Assembly (NCBI GenBank): GCA_043228905.1
Contig: JBHGNT010000007.1
Coordinates: forward strand, 22,134,001 to 22,198,000
Length of the DNA stretch: 64,000 nucleotides
Reading direction: 5' to 3'
Source of the DNA: Azolla caroliniana
Lineage: Eukaryota; Plantae; Polypodiophyta
Part shown: piece by piece, positions 49,405 to 62,769 of the stretch
Layout of the letters: every line of letters begins with the position of its first letter
Numbering within the stretch: position 1 is the stretch's first letter
Translations under genes and position numbers: made by a program
Notes under the pieces: generated by a model
Database searches by the model: none
Told to the model about the DNA's origin: nothing
What the model saw: only the letters and a program-made list of their open reading frames with translations

Positions 49405-51583
49405 GAAGTTCTTACCAAGTTCCTTGTTGATTTTTATTGATCAAAATTCAGCTCTTTGGTATTGGGTTCTACTCCAGCGCTATTGAAACATCTACGTGGC
49501 CGAATATCTAGTAATCAAGGTTAGTATCAGATTTCTGCATCCTCTACATGAAGGTGATTGACATACATGCATATACACATAACTATCCATGTTACATACA
49601 CATACATACATCTATCCACACATATCCATGCACATTATTGAGAAATGGATATCTTTTCTTAAGATGAAAAACCTGGAACCATATCCACTGGAAATGTTTT
49701 TGGCGTAGCCTCCGAAGATCAAGTTGTCAATGCGCTTCGTCAAGCTTCATGTAGCAAGGTTATCAATGATTTTTTGAAACTCAGTTATGATTGTCTTTAT
49801 TCGTGTAAATTCCTTATCAATGCTTTGGTTACTCTATAGAGTCTGTTACTTTCTGGAATGGATCTAGAAAATATTCCTGCCAAAGTTTTTGAGGTGGAGA
49901 ACCTTTTAAGCATTGATCTTTCAAGCAATCGAATTCAAAACTTACCTGTAGAAATGTCATATTGCGGTTCCTTGGAGGTAGGAATGGTTCCTTATTATCG
50001 TTGACTTTTATGTCTTCTCATTTGGTAAATTACTCTGTATATTCTCAGGTTAATTTGTCAATCGTTTAAGTGAGATCTTAGACACTATGAGTAATTTTTA
50101 CCTGCATTTTTTTTGGAATATACGGCATCTTCTCAATTCTATAGTTTTTCCTACTCTATGAATTAAAGTTCTTCAATGCCTTACAAAATACACATATAGC
50201 ATAAATATGCACTATAATTAGTATGAGGTATATTAATATATATTATGCAAAAAGAATATCTGTGCAATAAGATTCTGATGGCATAATATGGTATATACAC
50301 AAGTTATGGTGTATACAAGCTTTGTATAAAATGTACAAATAAATGAAAAGTGAGCGAAGGTAATTATGTAGAAGGATTTTATTCAAGGCATTTCAACAGG
50401 TAGTGTATTGTTGAACATGACGGAATGGAGAAAATAGAATTCCAACTAAGTAACAGAATGGATAAAATAGAAATGGACCAAGATTGGGAAACAACATGTT
50501 TATTTTCTTTTCTTTATTTCTTCTCTCTTTAATTCAGGTCTTAATACTCTCAAAAAATAAAATTGATGAATGGCCTTCATCTATCTTTTCTCATCTTTCA
50601 AACCTTCAAAGACTGATATTAGCAGGAAATCCCTTAAAGCAGGTGAGATTTTTGTTACTACAGTGAAGAGGAAGGAATAATTTGCTTTTCCAACTTCTAA
50701 TATCGGCTTGTTGTATTTCTGGGTGGAGTATTTCAATAGCTCCCATCAGATTGTTTCGTGAGTCTTCGAGGACTGAAAGCACTGGATTTAAGTAACATTC
50801 CAGCAAAGCTTCCATCCCCACCAGGCTTCTTAAACATGCCTAGCTTACAAGAGCTCCATTTAAGGTTGCTTGTTATACCTGTTTTTGTTTTCATCTTTGC
50901 ACTCACCTAGAACCTATATTTTATGGTGCTGTCTTTTGTGCCTTGTATTGTAAAGAACCCAACCCAATTCCATTTTTGCAGAAGAATGCAGATACAAGAA
51001 TTTCCATCAGAATTAGAAAATATGGTGCATTTGAGGGTTTTAAATCTAAGCCAGAATTCAATCTCAACCATTCCTAAGGTACACAAGCATCTCGGTATCG
51101 ATCACCTAAACTTTTTTGTGATTACTGGAAGTAAAGAATAAAGTAGTTGTTCACATCAGAGATCTATACCTTTTTTGGCCAGGGAGTAGCCTCATTAAAG
51201 TCATTGGAGGAACTAGATCTATCAGATAATAACATTTCATCGTTACCAGCAGAACTGGTTTGGATGACTTTTTACATCTATAATTCCCTTTTCTTTCTTC
51301 CTAGTTCTGTCTATGTCAAAGATGGTTTTATTAACTTTTTGAGTCTGTTGTCCTAGGGGTTATTGGAATCACGTTTACAAGTCTTAAAATTGGATGGAAA
51401 TCCATTGAGAAGGTAACAAAACCATGAATTATGTGATTAAAATGTTCTTCATGCATGTGATTATGTTATACCGCTATGTTTTGGTTGATTTTTATCTGTA
51501 GTATTCGCCGAACAATATTGGAGCGTGGGACAGCAGCAGTTCTTGAATACCTGAAACTGAAACTACCAGGACAATTGTGTTGA
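45397..51583 (+). CDS. Intracellular LRR protein, LRRC40-like (similar to Arabidopsis At3g15410), 21 exons
   Basis: N-terminus [21 protein letters not shown]...[17 protein letters not shown], many LxxLxLxxNxLxxLP repeats, internal [12 protein letters not shown] and C-terminal [26 protein letters not shown]. All introns are GT-AG and in phase. Confidence 0.93.
45655..45895. repeat. (TATATG)n/(TATG)n microsatellite in LRR intron 2
   Basis: Seen directly in the sequence. Confidence 0.95.
46877..47065 (+). mobile_element. MITE-like element in LRR intron 3
   Basis: Imperfect termini GGGAAAA...TTTTCCC. The core is homologous to 47580-47670 in reverse orientation. Confidence 0.6.
47467..47712 (-). 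mobile_element. MITE-like element in LRR intron 5
   Basis: Terminal inverted repeats containing AAATAGCCCTGAATT and AATTCAGGGCTATTT. Confidence 0.7.
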
Positions 51584-52967
51584 TAGATATCTGCCGTTTT
51601 TGTAATGCTTTTACCTTAAATCATTCTTTATAGAGGGGCCTCCAAACAGAAACTTGTATTCATTCTTTTGGGCTTCAGTTTTGGCTTTTGGGATTTGGAA
51701 AAGCAGCTTCTCTTCTCTCTAGAAGGAAAGATTTAGGGATAGGGAGGTTTTATTTCCTGATGTTGTAATATATCAGACATGACAGTTAATTGTGGCAGCC
51801 TAAATTGGTGTGAGATATCAGTTACACCTTTATTCGACAAATTAATGACATGAAAGGAACAAGATGTCTTGTGTTATATTTCTATGATTGATTTCATGGG
51901 TATAGTCAGTTGCTATATATGGAATCTCACATGATATGAAATTCTCTGTTTTGTTCTCTGCATCAGGAGTGGCCAAAAATGTAAAATGATGCACTTCTAT
52001 CACCTGTTTATTTGTTACTGTATTAAATTCATATTCTGAATAAATTTAAATAGTTTTTCATGAGTTAAGTTCAGGATGTCTTCATACAGTGATTAGAGAA
52101 ATGAATTGTGAGCCGTTAAAGTTAAAAATAGGCAAGCAAGATTATGATAACAATTTTTAGGGGATTCTTTTATTCAACTACAGAAATTGAAGAAGATACA
52201 TATATAGATATATTTAATCCTGCAGCAGTCATGTTATGCATTGGTTTTTTTACCATGCCAAAATGAATAAAAGCATATTATAAAAACTTAGCCACAAATT
52301 AATGTGACAGTAAAAATGTTGGCATCTTTTCATTCACTATCATTGTGAGACAAAACTGAAATATTTCATCATACATAAAGGAAACTGTGGTACGTGGTAT
52401 CACCATTTGTGTACAAAATAAACTATAGTGAATTCTAATGACTGATTACCCATCACATTCATTAATGTCATCATCTATGTATAATTAGATTATGAATGTT
52501 CATTTCATATATAGAGGAAACTGCTGCATCATGAAAAGTATTACAACCTCTCTCAGGTAAAAGGAATGATGATATTTATTCAAGATTTACAAGCAATTTT
52601 CCTTATAAATTTATCTATAAATCACATCCATGACCACTCACAGTCAGGCATGATACATCAGTGTAATATAATATAGATAGATAATGTTAAGAAAGGTCCA
52701 TATGTTCCATTGGGAAAAAGCCAAAATACAACAATGAACGAGCTATTATTCCCTTGGTCAAGATTAATCTACATTATTGTTAAATTTTCCTAGAAGTACT
52801 CACCTAGCTATATCTCTCTATGGGCATCATCTACAATTTTTTACATGAAATTGAGATGTAAGTTCTTTTCTTGTCTAGAAGATCATCGCTCCAAAAGCAA
52901 CATACGAACCTTCCAAATATTTTTTGAGAGAATAAAATGAAATTATTGCTTTCTCACTGAATTTTGC

Positions 52968-55900
52968 TTATACACTTCGTTCCAGAGGATCACCTCGATG
53001 ATTGCTAATAGGGGGATCCATGGCTGCTGCTATTCTCTGCCGGAGGTTAAACTTTTTTGCTATAATTGGTCGCACATCATCTACCCCGACCAATGTCTCT
53101 AGAAAGGGTAGTAGCCCCAAAAGGGCATTGTCAGATTTATCTTCAAACCAGCTCTCTATTGGAATGCCGTTGTCAACTTGGAAGCCGAAAGCCTGTGAAC
53201 AACATATGCACAAGATACATCTTTCATTGCTCATTTATCACTCCTAGAAGTGACAACCATCATAGTAAAAACAACCATGATACATGAATTTCGAAAGTGA
53301 CATATTTCAAATTAATTACACGCACTAAATAAATCTTTCATTGTTCATTTATCACTCTTATAGTATTAATAAATACAACCATGACATGAAATTTTCCGGT
53401 GAAGCATTTCAAAACCCATTTTTACTTTCTACATATTTAAAGGAAAATTTCTCAGAATATCCTTCGTTCTTCACAAACTCCCAAAAATAATCCAAGAGTT
53501 TTCAAATTTCTAAATATATCCACACTTTTCAGAAAATACCTGAGGAGAATTGTCAACAATGGCCACTTTGGATAGATCACGACCCAACACAGTCAAGTCT
53601 TTCAAATAATTGCCTTCAACAAACACACAAGAATCTCTAAAAACACGATGCCGAATCAATCTCCTTTTCGGATCCAACATATTGAGTAGCTGGTCGGCAT
53701 AAACACTCTGGCTAGCCGTAAAAACTATGATTTCAAACATTTGCGCGACCCTTTCCATAAAGGTCTGCAAATGTGGTCTTCGCCTCACAAACACGGTATA
53801 CTCTTGTGAATTGAAACTCACAGGGAATGTGAAATCCGCATCATCACAATACTCTAATGTGGAATGAACCAAGGTCTCTGGATCAAGAAAAAAAAAAATT
53901 CTTATTTATAAAATGCATTGATGCAAATCCAGCTAGTTAATGCATAAAATACCGAGTTTATTTTACTTTTCTCTCAGAAAGAATACCAATACACCCCCAA
54001 CTTTATTGCATATTTCCATCATATTCCATCGCCTTTTTTTAGATTGCCAGAAAATCCCCCCTGAATACCACTACAGGATTTAAATAACCCAAATACACAT
54101 TAGTTTTATTGGGTTTTATCAGAGATTACTAGAGCATAATTAGCAATATAATCAGTTTAATTTGGCATCCGATTCAAATTGATAGCCTATAGGATAGCAA
54201 TTCATAGGCTATCAATTCATATGCTAATTAATTAGTTTGCCTCTTCTTAGCAATTAATAGGCTAGATAATTGGCAAACTTACCTTGTGAAACACTAGTTA
54301 GGGCCAAATTAAATATTCTTACAGGCACTTTGGTGAATTTGAAAAAGTGAGGGGTATTCTGCTAGTTTTTGGGTAACCGAGGGTGTTCAAGCGAATATGC
54401 TAAAAGCTAGCGGTATTGTATGTGGTTTTCCCCTATTTTTTTAACTAAAAAAATTAGCATACATGAAACACTATATTACCATCAAGGTCCAAGACAAGTG
54501 TAATAGGTGGACAACGTCGTGTTTGTTTAGGAAGCAACACAGGGGAGCGGCTTGACAATATTACTTCTGAAAGATCTGGCAAATGTTTGATGAAAAGGTA
54601 AGGATCAAAGTCATCTAGATCATCTTCCTCAGCTACGTTCTCGACTTGTCGAGATTTTTCATTACTACCATCCAAAGCATTAGTTTGTTGAATGGCCAGA
54701 TATAATGAAGATCCTTCAGAATCATATAATCCATCTTCCATGCACTCTGCAGTCTGCTCTGAATTTCGATTTTCAACCTCTAGAGACCATTCCATGCAAT
54801 TCACACCTACATCAAAAGCTACATGTGTGCCAATCACTTCTTCATCAGCACTACTTGCAACGGAGTTGGTATGGTCATTCCCTGATGATGGATATGTGTC
54901 TACAACCACAGAATCTGAAGAGACCAATTTTTCGAGTTCTTTATTGGAACCATGATTCATTACAACAAAAGTTTTAAGATCAATTCCAAAGTCATGTCTA
55001 ACATCCATGTCTTCAGGTTTCTCATCTGAAGTGTCTGCCACTTCAACTGAAAAGGGTAAAAACGCATGAAACATACAGTTTAAATCAGTCAAAAAAGAGA
55101 AGCAATCTAAGATAACCATCATACCTAAGAAAAGTATCAGATGTGTGTATATGGAGGAAGAGAAATATTAGAGATCAAAAGAATGATCATACCGCTGCTT
55201 GTGCAACTGTTTCCAGCCTCCCCATTCACGTCCTTAAACAAATGAAAAACAGGGGAAAATATTGTATCTAATGTTGTAGAAACACCCTAAAAAACAAGCC
55301 AGAAAAACATAAGATCACTAACTACAGCATGTTCTGAATATCATGATAAGATGAAAAAGGAAAAGTTCAGAATCTATGTTGACATCGTTTGACCAATTAA
55401 AAAAAACTACTTACATTGTGCTCTGCTGATGCTCCATTAATACTAGGAAATGCTAGCCTTAGGTCATGACATGCATCATTATCATTTGGTCGAGCATCAG
55501 AACCCTTCTTTGTTTTTGCTCTAGCCAAAGACTGATTGTCTGAGACAAGCTGACACCCTGTTGACAGAAAATATAATAATGTAAACATCATACATGTGCC
55601 TTTTGAAAAATATTAACCCACACTCGATATTATATATTAGTAAGGATATCCACAAACTAGAGACCCTCTTGGTAGAAGAGATCAATGTAAAATCCTATAT
55701 GTGTGTGCCCCATAGAAAAGTTAACCCATTAAAAAGAAATTATAACACAGATATTCTTACCGAAGACCTGGATGCATAAGCAAAAGCAACATGAACATCA
55801 AATGTATGCATTTGGATAAACTAACCCAAAATCATGAACCTATGAAAGGAAATTCCGACAAGAGTGCCTTATATTTAAGAGACTACTAGTTAAAAATCAT

Positions 55901-56459
55901 AAGTATTGTCTTTGAGATATTAAAACACAAACCACACATTATAATGGGAATATTCCTACTAAAGGCTCTTTGACTATAGCAGATAATAGCAATAACATCA
56001 TAAATAATTTCGAACCATAAATTATAATAGGAATAATATTCCTACCTCAGACACTTATGGTAGACGCAATAACGCCCAGACATCATATATATGACTTTGA
56101 GATATTACACTTTAAACAAGCATATTATAATGCAGATATTCCTACAAGAAACCCTTTCGGTAGAAGAGATAATGATCTAACCTCATATATGTGACACTCG
56201 AAATATGAACATGCAAATAAGAAATTATAATTTAGTCACAAAATTAAACGTCATATATAAAGAAAGACCAGGGATTATTCCAACCCGATTGCTTTTTCTT
56301 TGAAGCTGATGATGCTGATGATGTTATCAATGCTACTTCTGCTGTTTTCCTCCGAAGATCCAAAGCATTCCTACTATCTCTGCCTTTCTTCAATGAAAGG
56401 TTCACAGTGCCATCTTCAGCCCCAGCTCTTTTAGAAGCTTTCCTAGATTTAATCTTCAT
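52968..56459 (-). CDS. SCP1-like small CTD phosphatase (CTDSPL2/SSP4-like, NIF/FCP1 HAD domain), 6 coding exons
   Basis: Exons at about 56459-56285, 55557-55415, 55286-55193, 55046-54480, 53877-53540 and 53192-52968. Motifs [54 protein letters not shown] and DVRP. Confidence 0.95.
53975..54433. mobile_element. Possible MITE-like insertion in the phosphatase intron that splits the DLDET motif
   Basis: Ends in GTTTTCCCC like the LRR-intron elements. Inverted symmetry is weak. Confidence 0.35.
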
Positions 56460-59147
56460 ACTTTGCTCCTTAAAAAGGTCAGTTGTTTACAATCATTTTC
56501 CTGTGATGTCGAGCACTATGAAAACCTACGTTTTCTATGCAAAGGAAAGTTTTATTTCTGCAGTCCAATAGAATGACATCAGTCTAGCAGAACTAGTGCA
56601 AAAGAAAAAGGAAATGTAGAAATGACCTATGATAAGTATAAATGTGCATGTGAAGCACTTTAAAAAATGAGCAATTTAAAGACTTCAAAGGAGCAAAATC
56701 AAGAAGATTGAAGACAACAAGCTAATTAAAAACATTAAAATGATCATAAATACACAAGACAAAAGACATCAAAATACGCAGAAATTGTGCATTCTTGAAC
56801 TACAATGAGGAGTTAAATACCAAAAACAGCATAAATGATCATAAATAAGCAGATTAAAGATAAAAAAGAAGCAAATTGATAACCTAAATATAGTTAAAAC
56901 TAATCAGATTAAAGACCTAAAATTTGGGCACCTAGATGACCATATTAGGGGATCAAAGCAAGTAGAATCACGGTGGTTAGAGACATCAAACAAGGAGACT
57001 AAAGACCTAACGACAAGTATAAATTAGCAGGGTAAGGACCTCAAAATGAGCAAGATAATGACCAGAAAAATGCACAGAAACGTGCAGCAATAAAGGACCT
57101 GGGATGCACAGATATCTCTACCTAAAAATTGAGGTTCAGCCTAACAAATGAGAATAGTAAAGACCTAAAGTTCAGTAGATTAGTGATTTAGGAATGAGTA
57201 GATTGAAGACCTAATAGAAATTAGTAAAAATGATAAGATAAATGGCTTTAAAATTATCATAATTGATCACATTAACAACTTAATTATGGATTTTAAAGAC
57301 ATAAAATGGAGGATAAACAATCATTTTAAAGACTTAACAATGAGTATATTATGACCAAACTTTGAAAATACTAAAGCCCTAAAGTGGAAAATATTGAAGG
57401 GTTCAAAATCAGGGTAACTGAGCAAAACGGACTAGATTAATATGCACATTAAAAGCTAAAAACATCACTGAATTAGATTAATGAGAGATACTAGAACTGA
57501 ATAGAAACATAGACAAACATGTTACATAACAAATACATCAGACGTAGCAAAAAAAAACTATACTAGGAAATATTGAACTCAGAATGTGAGGCGAAAAAAT
57601 TGGACAAAAAAACTAAGAAAGAGAAATGACCATAGTTTAAAAATGCATAGAAGTATTTAACACATATTCTACATTTCAAAACTGCTATTTTAAATAGTTC
57701 CACGTATTTAATATATAATAAATATTCTATACATTTAACAAGTATTTTACGTTTCTTAAAAATAGATATTATAAAAAAATGTATTATTAGTATCATTTAG
57801 CCTAAGAAATTCTTTTGAGATGAAATGATCTCTTCATTGAGAAACTTTTTGGCGCAATTCCTTCAGTATATGAAGTTTTTATGTGATACTTTAATGATGT
57901 TGTGAGATTAAACCATTCAAAGTTAATAAAAAAATTTGTTAGATGCAATATAAATATAAGAAGTACTTGTCATATTCTACATATTTTATGTATTCTAAGT
58001 ATTTCTTAATAAAGGGTAGAATAATTTTAAAATACTTAGCATAAACATTGTACACGTATTGTATGCTAAGTATTTTACAACAAGCGAAATGACGTACAAA
58101 AACCAACTTCTCAAGGATGCCGCAAAGAACAAATGTGAACAGAGAACTAATTTACTTCTACTTGAAGTGAAATCAATAAATGACACCAACAAAGGTCTCC
58201 CTCCATGTAAGCTACCCAAATTCAATACGCTAATATTTTAACTTCCTCAAAACCCTAGGAATTTGATTTGAACTAGAAAATCAGAAATATGCTAGCTAAA
58301 ACTGTGTCATGAGGTAGCTATGAAGCATAAATAGCAGGATTTTCCAGGAAATAACAGAAAATAAACCTAAATCACTGAGAAGAAATCCAAATCTCTAAAA
58401 TAAACATAAATTTCTCACGAATCTTGAATCCCTAAAACTCATTAATCGCTGAAAAACCATAAAATATCAGAAAAAACCTAGATCATTGAAAACCTCTAAT
58501 TCACACTAAGAAACCCTAAATCGCAGGAAACACATACATCGTAACAAATCATAAAATCACTCAGGAACTCTATAACACTGGAAAAATGTTAAATTTTCTG
58601 AGGGACCTTAAATTGCAGAGAAGCCACTAGGTTGTTACAAAATCCAATACCCAATACTGAAGCCCTCACATTGCTGAATACCCAAAATTTTCAGGAACCC
58701 CTCTAGATTTATGGGGAAGCCCTAGAAATACGGAGAAATTTTCGATTGTTAGAGATCACTAAATCTCTGAGGGCCCTTAAATCTCTAATCTCTGAAATAT
58801 TTAAAACCCGGTCGCTGAGAAGCCCCTAAGTCTCTGAAAGCCCCTCAATATCTTAGAAACCCTACATCGTTGATCTCTGAAATACCTGAAATCCCTAAAT
58901 CGCGATCAAACCAAAGGTCTGAGAAATCTTAAATCGCAGTGAGAAGCTGCAAATCTCTGAGAAAGTAAACCTCAATCTCTCTCCAGCACGCAGTTGCATC
59001 TCCAGCATGATATGCCTCAGGAATTTTAATTGCAGAAAGGGGAAAGAAGAAAGGGAAAATAGAAATTACTAAACCTAAATAACAGAGGAAGAGAAGAAGG
59101 GGCTAATGGGCGAATAGAGAGATGGGGGGGGGAGGAAGAAAGCGTAC

Positions 59148-59339
59148 CTGATCGGTTGTGTTGGAGGTAGGGATGGCGATGGCGAAGGAAATTAGGGCTT
59201 TTCTGACTGAGGAGCAGAGTAGAGGAGAACAGAGCAACCAAAAAACAGAGAGACAGAGAGACAGAGACAGAGACAGAGTAAAAGGGTTTGAAAGAGTATC
59301 TTTTTTGAGGTGTTTTTTTTTAGGTGCAATGCAAAACAT

Positions 59340-59370
<31 letters not shown>
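59148..59370 (-). promoter_or_regulatory. Probable first non-coding exon and CT-rich leader of the phosphatase gene
   Basis: On the minus strand, (CT)n tracts are followed by the donor-like CAG|GTACGC near 59147. Confidence 0.45.
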
Positions 59371-59372
<2 letters not shown>

Positions 59373-60865
59373 AGGTCAATACCATGAGTCAAATCCATGC
59401 AATTTGTCTTGCAAGGGCTCTATATCCATCTCTATGGCTCTGGCTCTCAATTAGGCTAAGTCAAGTCAAGCTAAGTCAAGCCAAGTCAAGCTAAGTCAAG
59501 CCAAACCATGTGACTCTTGGAGAGACTGCCTTTGTTTGTCATGTTTGTATATGCATGCAGGTAGGATGTATCCCTGGTCTTCGATCACGCCTCTGCACTC
59601 CTCCTTGCACTCCTGCGAACAATCGAAACACGTGTTTATTCTTATGTTATTGATCTCTACATCATGAGTCAAGCCCTTTTGTAGTATGTATTTGTACCAC
59701 TTCCACATGTCATGATGTCTTGGGCATCACCCCCACATCTTTGTCATCCCCGGGGGAAATTGAGATCGCTACCTGCCTGCTCTATTTCTAGATCGCTACC
59801 CGCCTGCTCCCGTTTCTCGTTGCAATTGCTGCTAGTCGAATGCATTCATCGCATAAGTCGAAGTTCGGTAGCATTATCTTTTCATGATGTGTGGTATGAT
59901 GTCTCTAGGGTCGATCTCTACTTCGGCCCATTCTTGTGAGAATTGAAATTTGCATCTGTCTGTATGTTTTGCTCGAATGAGAATCCTTCCTAATCCTAAC
60001 TGTCTTTTGGCATTGTATTGTACCATTGAAATTGAGTAGACCATAAACAAACGACGCACATGTCTCAACCTCCTAAGTCCTCGCCATCCATCTGCCATAA
60101 TATAATTGCCAAAAAAGTAATGGCATGCATGTTAGTATGTCGTCGCCTCACCTTCTTCAATCTCTCAACAAATGAACGTAAAGTGATGAAATTGCTAGTT
60201 TTGCATCAAGCTCACATGAAAAGAAAAAAGTGAGGTTGCCATGCAAGTACATGAAACTCATATTTTATGACTATGTGAGGTGCAAAATCTTTTAAGGTTT
60301 GACTTATTAATAGATTGACCAATAGAAATGTCCTTCCTCTAGAATCAGTCAATCCATAACTAAGTCAGCAAGTGGTTGTTTAGTTTATTTTTGTGAAAAT
60401 GTTTCTATGAGTAGAGAAATGGCAATCTTGTTACAAAATCTTATTATGACAATAATTCTCACTTTTATCTTATGCTTGACTTGTGCCGTACATTAAGATA
60501 AGAAATGGTCAACCGTATGACGAATCTACAATAAACAAATATATTAACATAGTAAGTGACCTTCTTTCAATCCATTGTTTACATCATAATAATCTAACCT
60601 TATCCCCTTTTAATACCACAACCTCTCATGATAGCTTTGACAAATTGGTGGATCCAATTTATTGTATGTAACCATGATGTATTTTGATGTCTTCACTAGG
60701 TTATACGCTCACTTACAAAAACTTTTTCATTTGGAATTATGATAAAATATGACCGTTAAGGACTCTTAATTGTTCGAATGAAAGTTGAGATTCCTTTGAT
60801 TGCATCAAATTCTTGTGCTAAATTTTTTTTATTTGTTCAATGAAATGCACTCTATCACTATGGTC

Positions 60866-61169
60866 ATTGGATATAGACGTTCAAATAGCTTTTTTTAAGT
60901 ATTGTGTTCTTATGGTTGAATCCATTTTATTCCATTGACTCTTAACGAGCAATATCCTTATTTTCTAAATTCAGATGCCTTATGAATGGCATGATGCTTT
61001 ATGTTAAAGGAATGGAATTGGATATAGACGTTCAAATAGCTTTTTTTAAGTATTGTGTTCTTATGGTTGAATCCATTTTATTCCATTGACTCTTAACGAG
61101 CAATATCCTTATTTTCTTAATTTGGATGCCTTATGAATGGCATGATGCTTTATGTTAAAGGAATGGAAT
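60866..61169. repeat. 151-bp direct tandem duplication, followed by a 33-bp duplication (about 61181-61246)
   Basis: ATATAGACGTTCAAATAGC occurs at 60871 and 61022, with only a few mismatches between units. Confidence 0.95.
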
Positions 61170-61317
61170 TTGTGCAGTCTGTATTGCTCATTGCTCATTG
61201 TGCCAATTAGGGTGTATTGCTCATTGCTCATTATGCCAATTAGGGTAAATCCACAACTGTTAAATATCTCATTTATGGGATATGCATGAGCACCAATCGA
61301 TAGACTAATGTGGGACC

Positions 61318-61825
61318 TGTCACGAACATGACAACAATTATGTCAAGATTCGAACTCTTCACCTCTTGCATATAGTCAAGTGTTTTGTTCTAACCAACAC
61401 ATCCAACTACATAGCCATGTTATGCATATGTTAGTAGATTATCTATTCCAAGTTCTAGGAGTTTTTAGAAGCTTCTAAAAACCTCCATAAGCTTTTGCAT
61501 GAAAATGGGTTTATGCATGGAACTACATGTAGAGCCCACAAACATGTATAAATACTTGTAATCTCCTTGATCCCTTTCAGGGGATTCAACACTAGTCATT
61601 GACACATCAATCTAGTATTCTTGTTTAGCCCCATCTTCTCTCCTTGATTTACATTTTTGTCTTTATGCTCTTGTATTGTTCCTAGCGTCTTAAGTTCCTC
61701 ATCTCGTCGCTCCCAACTTCCCAAGTTTCTAGCCTCATCACGTCGAGTTCCACATTTGTAACCTTATTAGTCGTAGCCTCGTCATCCGGGCTTTTTCGTA
61801 GTCTAGGGTTGGTGTGTCCATGACA
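61318..61825 (+). mobile_element. Gypsy-type solo LTR (508 bp)
   Basis: Termini TGTCACGAACA...TGTCCATGACA, flanks GGACC/GGACT (5-bp TSD with one mismatch), and internal TATAAATA near 61548. Confidence 0.8.
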
Positions 61826-61829
61826 GGAC

Positions 61830-62769
61830 TCTAGGGGATGGTTCTGGACCAATCCAATGATGGATCCATTGCAGAAAGTTTCAGTCTTTCAGTACAATAT
61901 GAAATTTGGCAAAACCATACTCATGGTCTAAGAATATTCCAACTCCTGCAACTCAAAATCACTAGAATAAGTGGGGTGTTTCAAGCATTCATTTGAAGGC
62001 ATATTGGAAACGGCCCAACCAAATATATTCTCTTCCGATGGCTTTTACTACATGCAACACTACTAGTAGGTCAGTCATTGAACAGAGATGTGGCAACTAG
62101 TCTTAGACAATGTTGTTATTGCAATGACATGCAGGAAACTACCAAGGATGCTCTTTGGTCATGCTTACTAGCCCAACAAGTATGGAATAAAGTTCTCCCT
62201 TTATTCTTGACAATTAATGTAGGTTGCCTCTTCTCTTGGGGATCAACGATAAGGGGGTTCTCCATTCTAGCCTCCTGTTGTATGAAACAGATGATGCTCC
62301 AGAGGCTATGACAGTCATCAACAAACATCTAATTGTTGTCTCCCTTTTTCACCAACCTCGCAAGCAAATGCCTATGTACCCATGTATATACCCATTACAT
62401 TATGGATATTATGGAAGTATCGTTGTAAAAGACGATATGATTCCATAATTCCTCTTCTCTCAGATATATTGCCAGAATTATGGGGGTGTTTATTGACGAT
62501 TGTGCGGGGGCAATACGACAATATGCCAGGCTCTTCAGAGGTTGTTTTGAAGAAAAGGAAAAAATTACTGCAATTATGGAGGAAGTTGCCTATGTTCACA
62601 GTCTCCTCTCAATGACCGTTATGGAAATATCATCACCCTTGGTCCTTGCCCTGACCATTTCTTTTGTATATAATACTCTCTGATTTTACATCTTTGTAGC
62701 CCTCCGACGCTTTTCTTAATGCAAATGAAGGAAATCTTTATGGACAAAAAAGAAAAGAAAAAGAAAAAG
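61830..62769 (+). mobile_element. L1-like LINE 3' fragment with A-rich tail
   Basis: CCYC...ETTKDALWSC and ITLWILWKYRC...RGQYD. A-rich tail at about 62747-62769. Confidence 0.8.

Noticed and set aside
50749-50790. Apparent stop codons in an LRR exon if the CATCAG acceptor is used
   Set aside because: The upstream TTCAATAG acceptor (exon starting at 50740) gives an open, LRR-consistent frame.
59455-59503. (AAGTCAAGCY)n array
   Set aside because: Simple 5/10-bp tandem repeat with no further structure.
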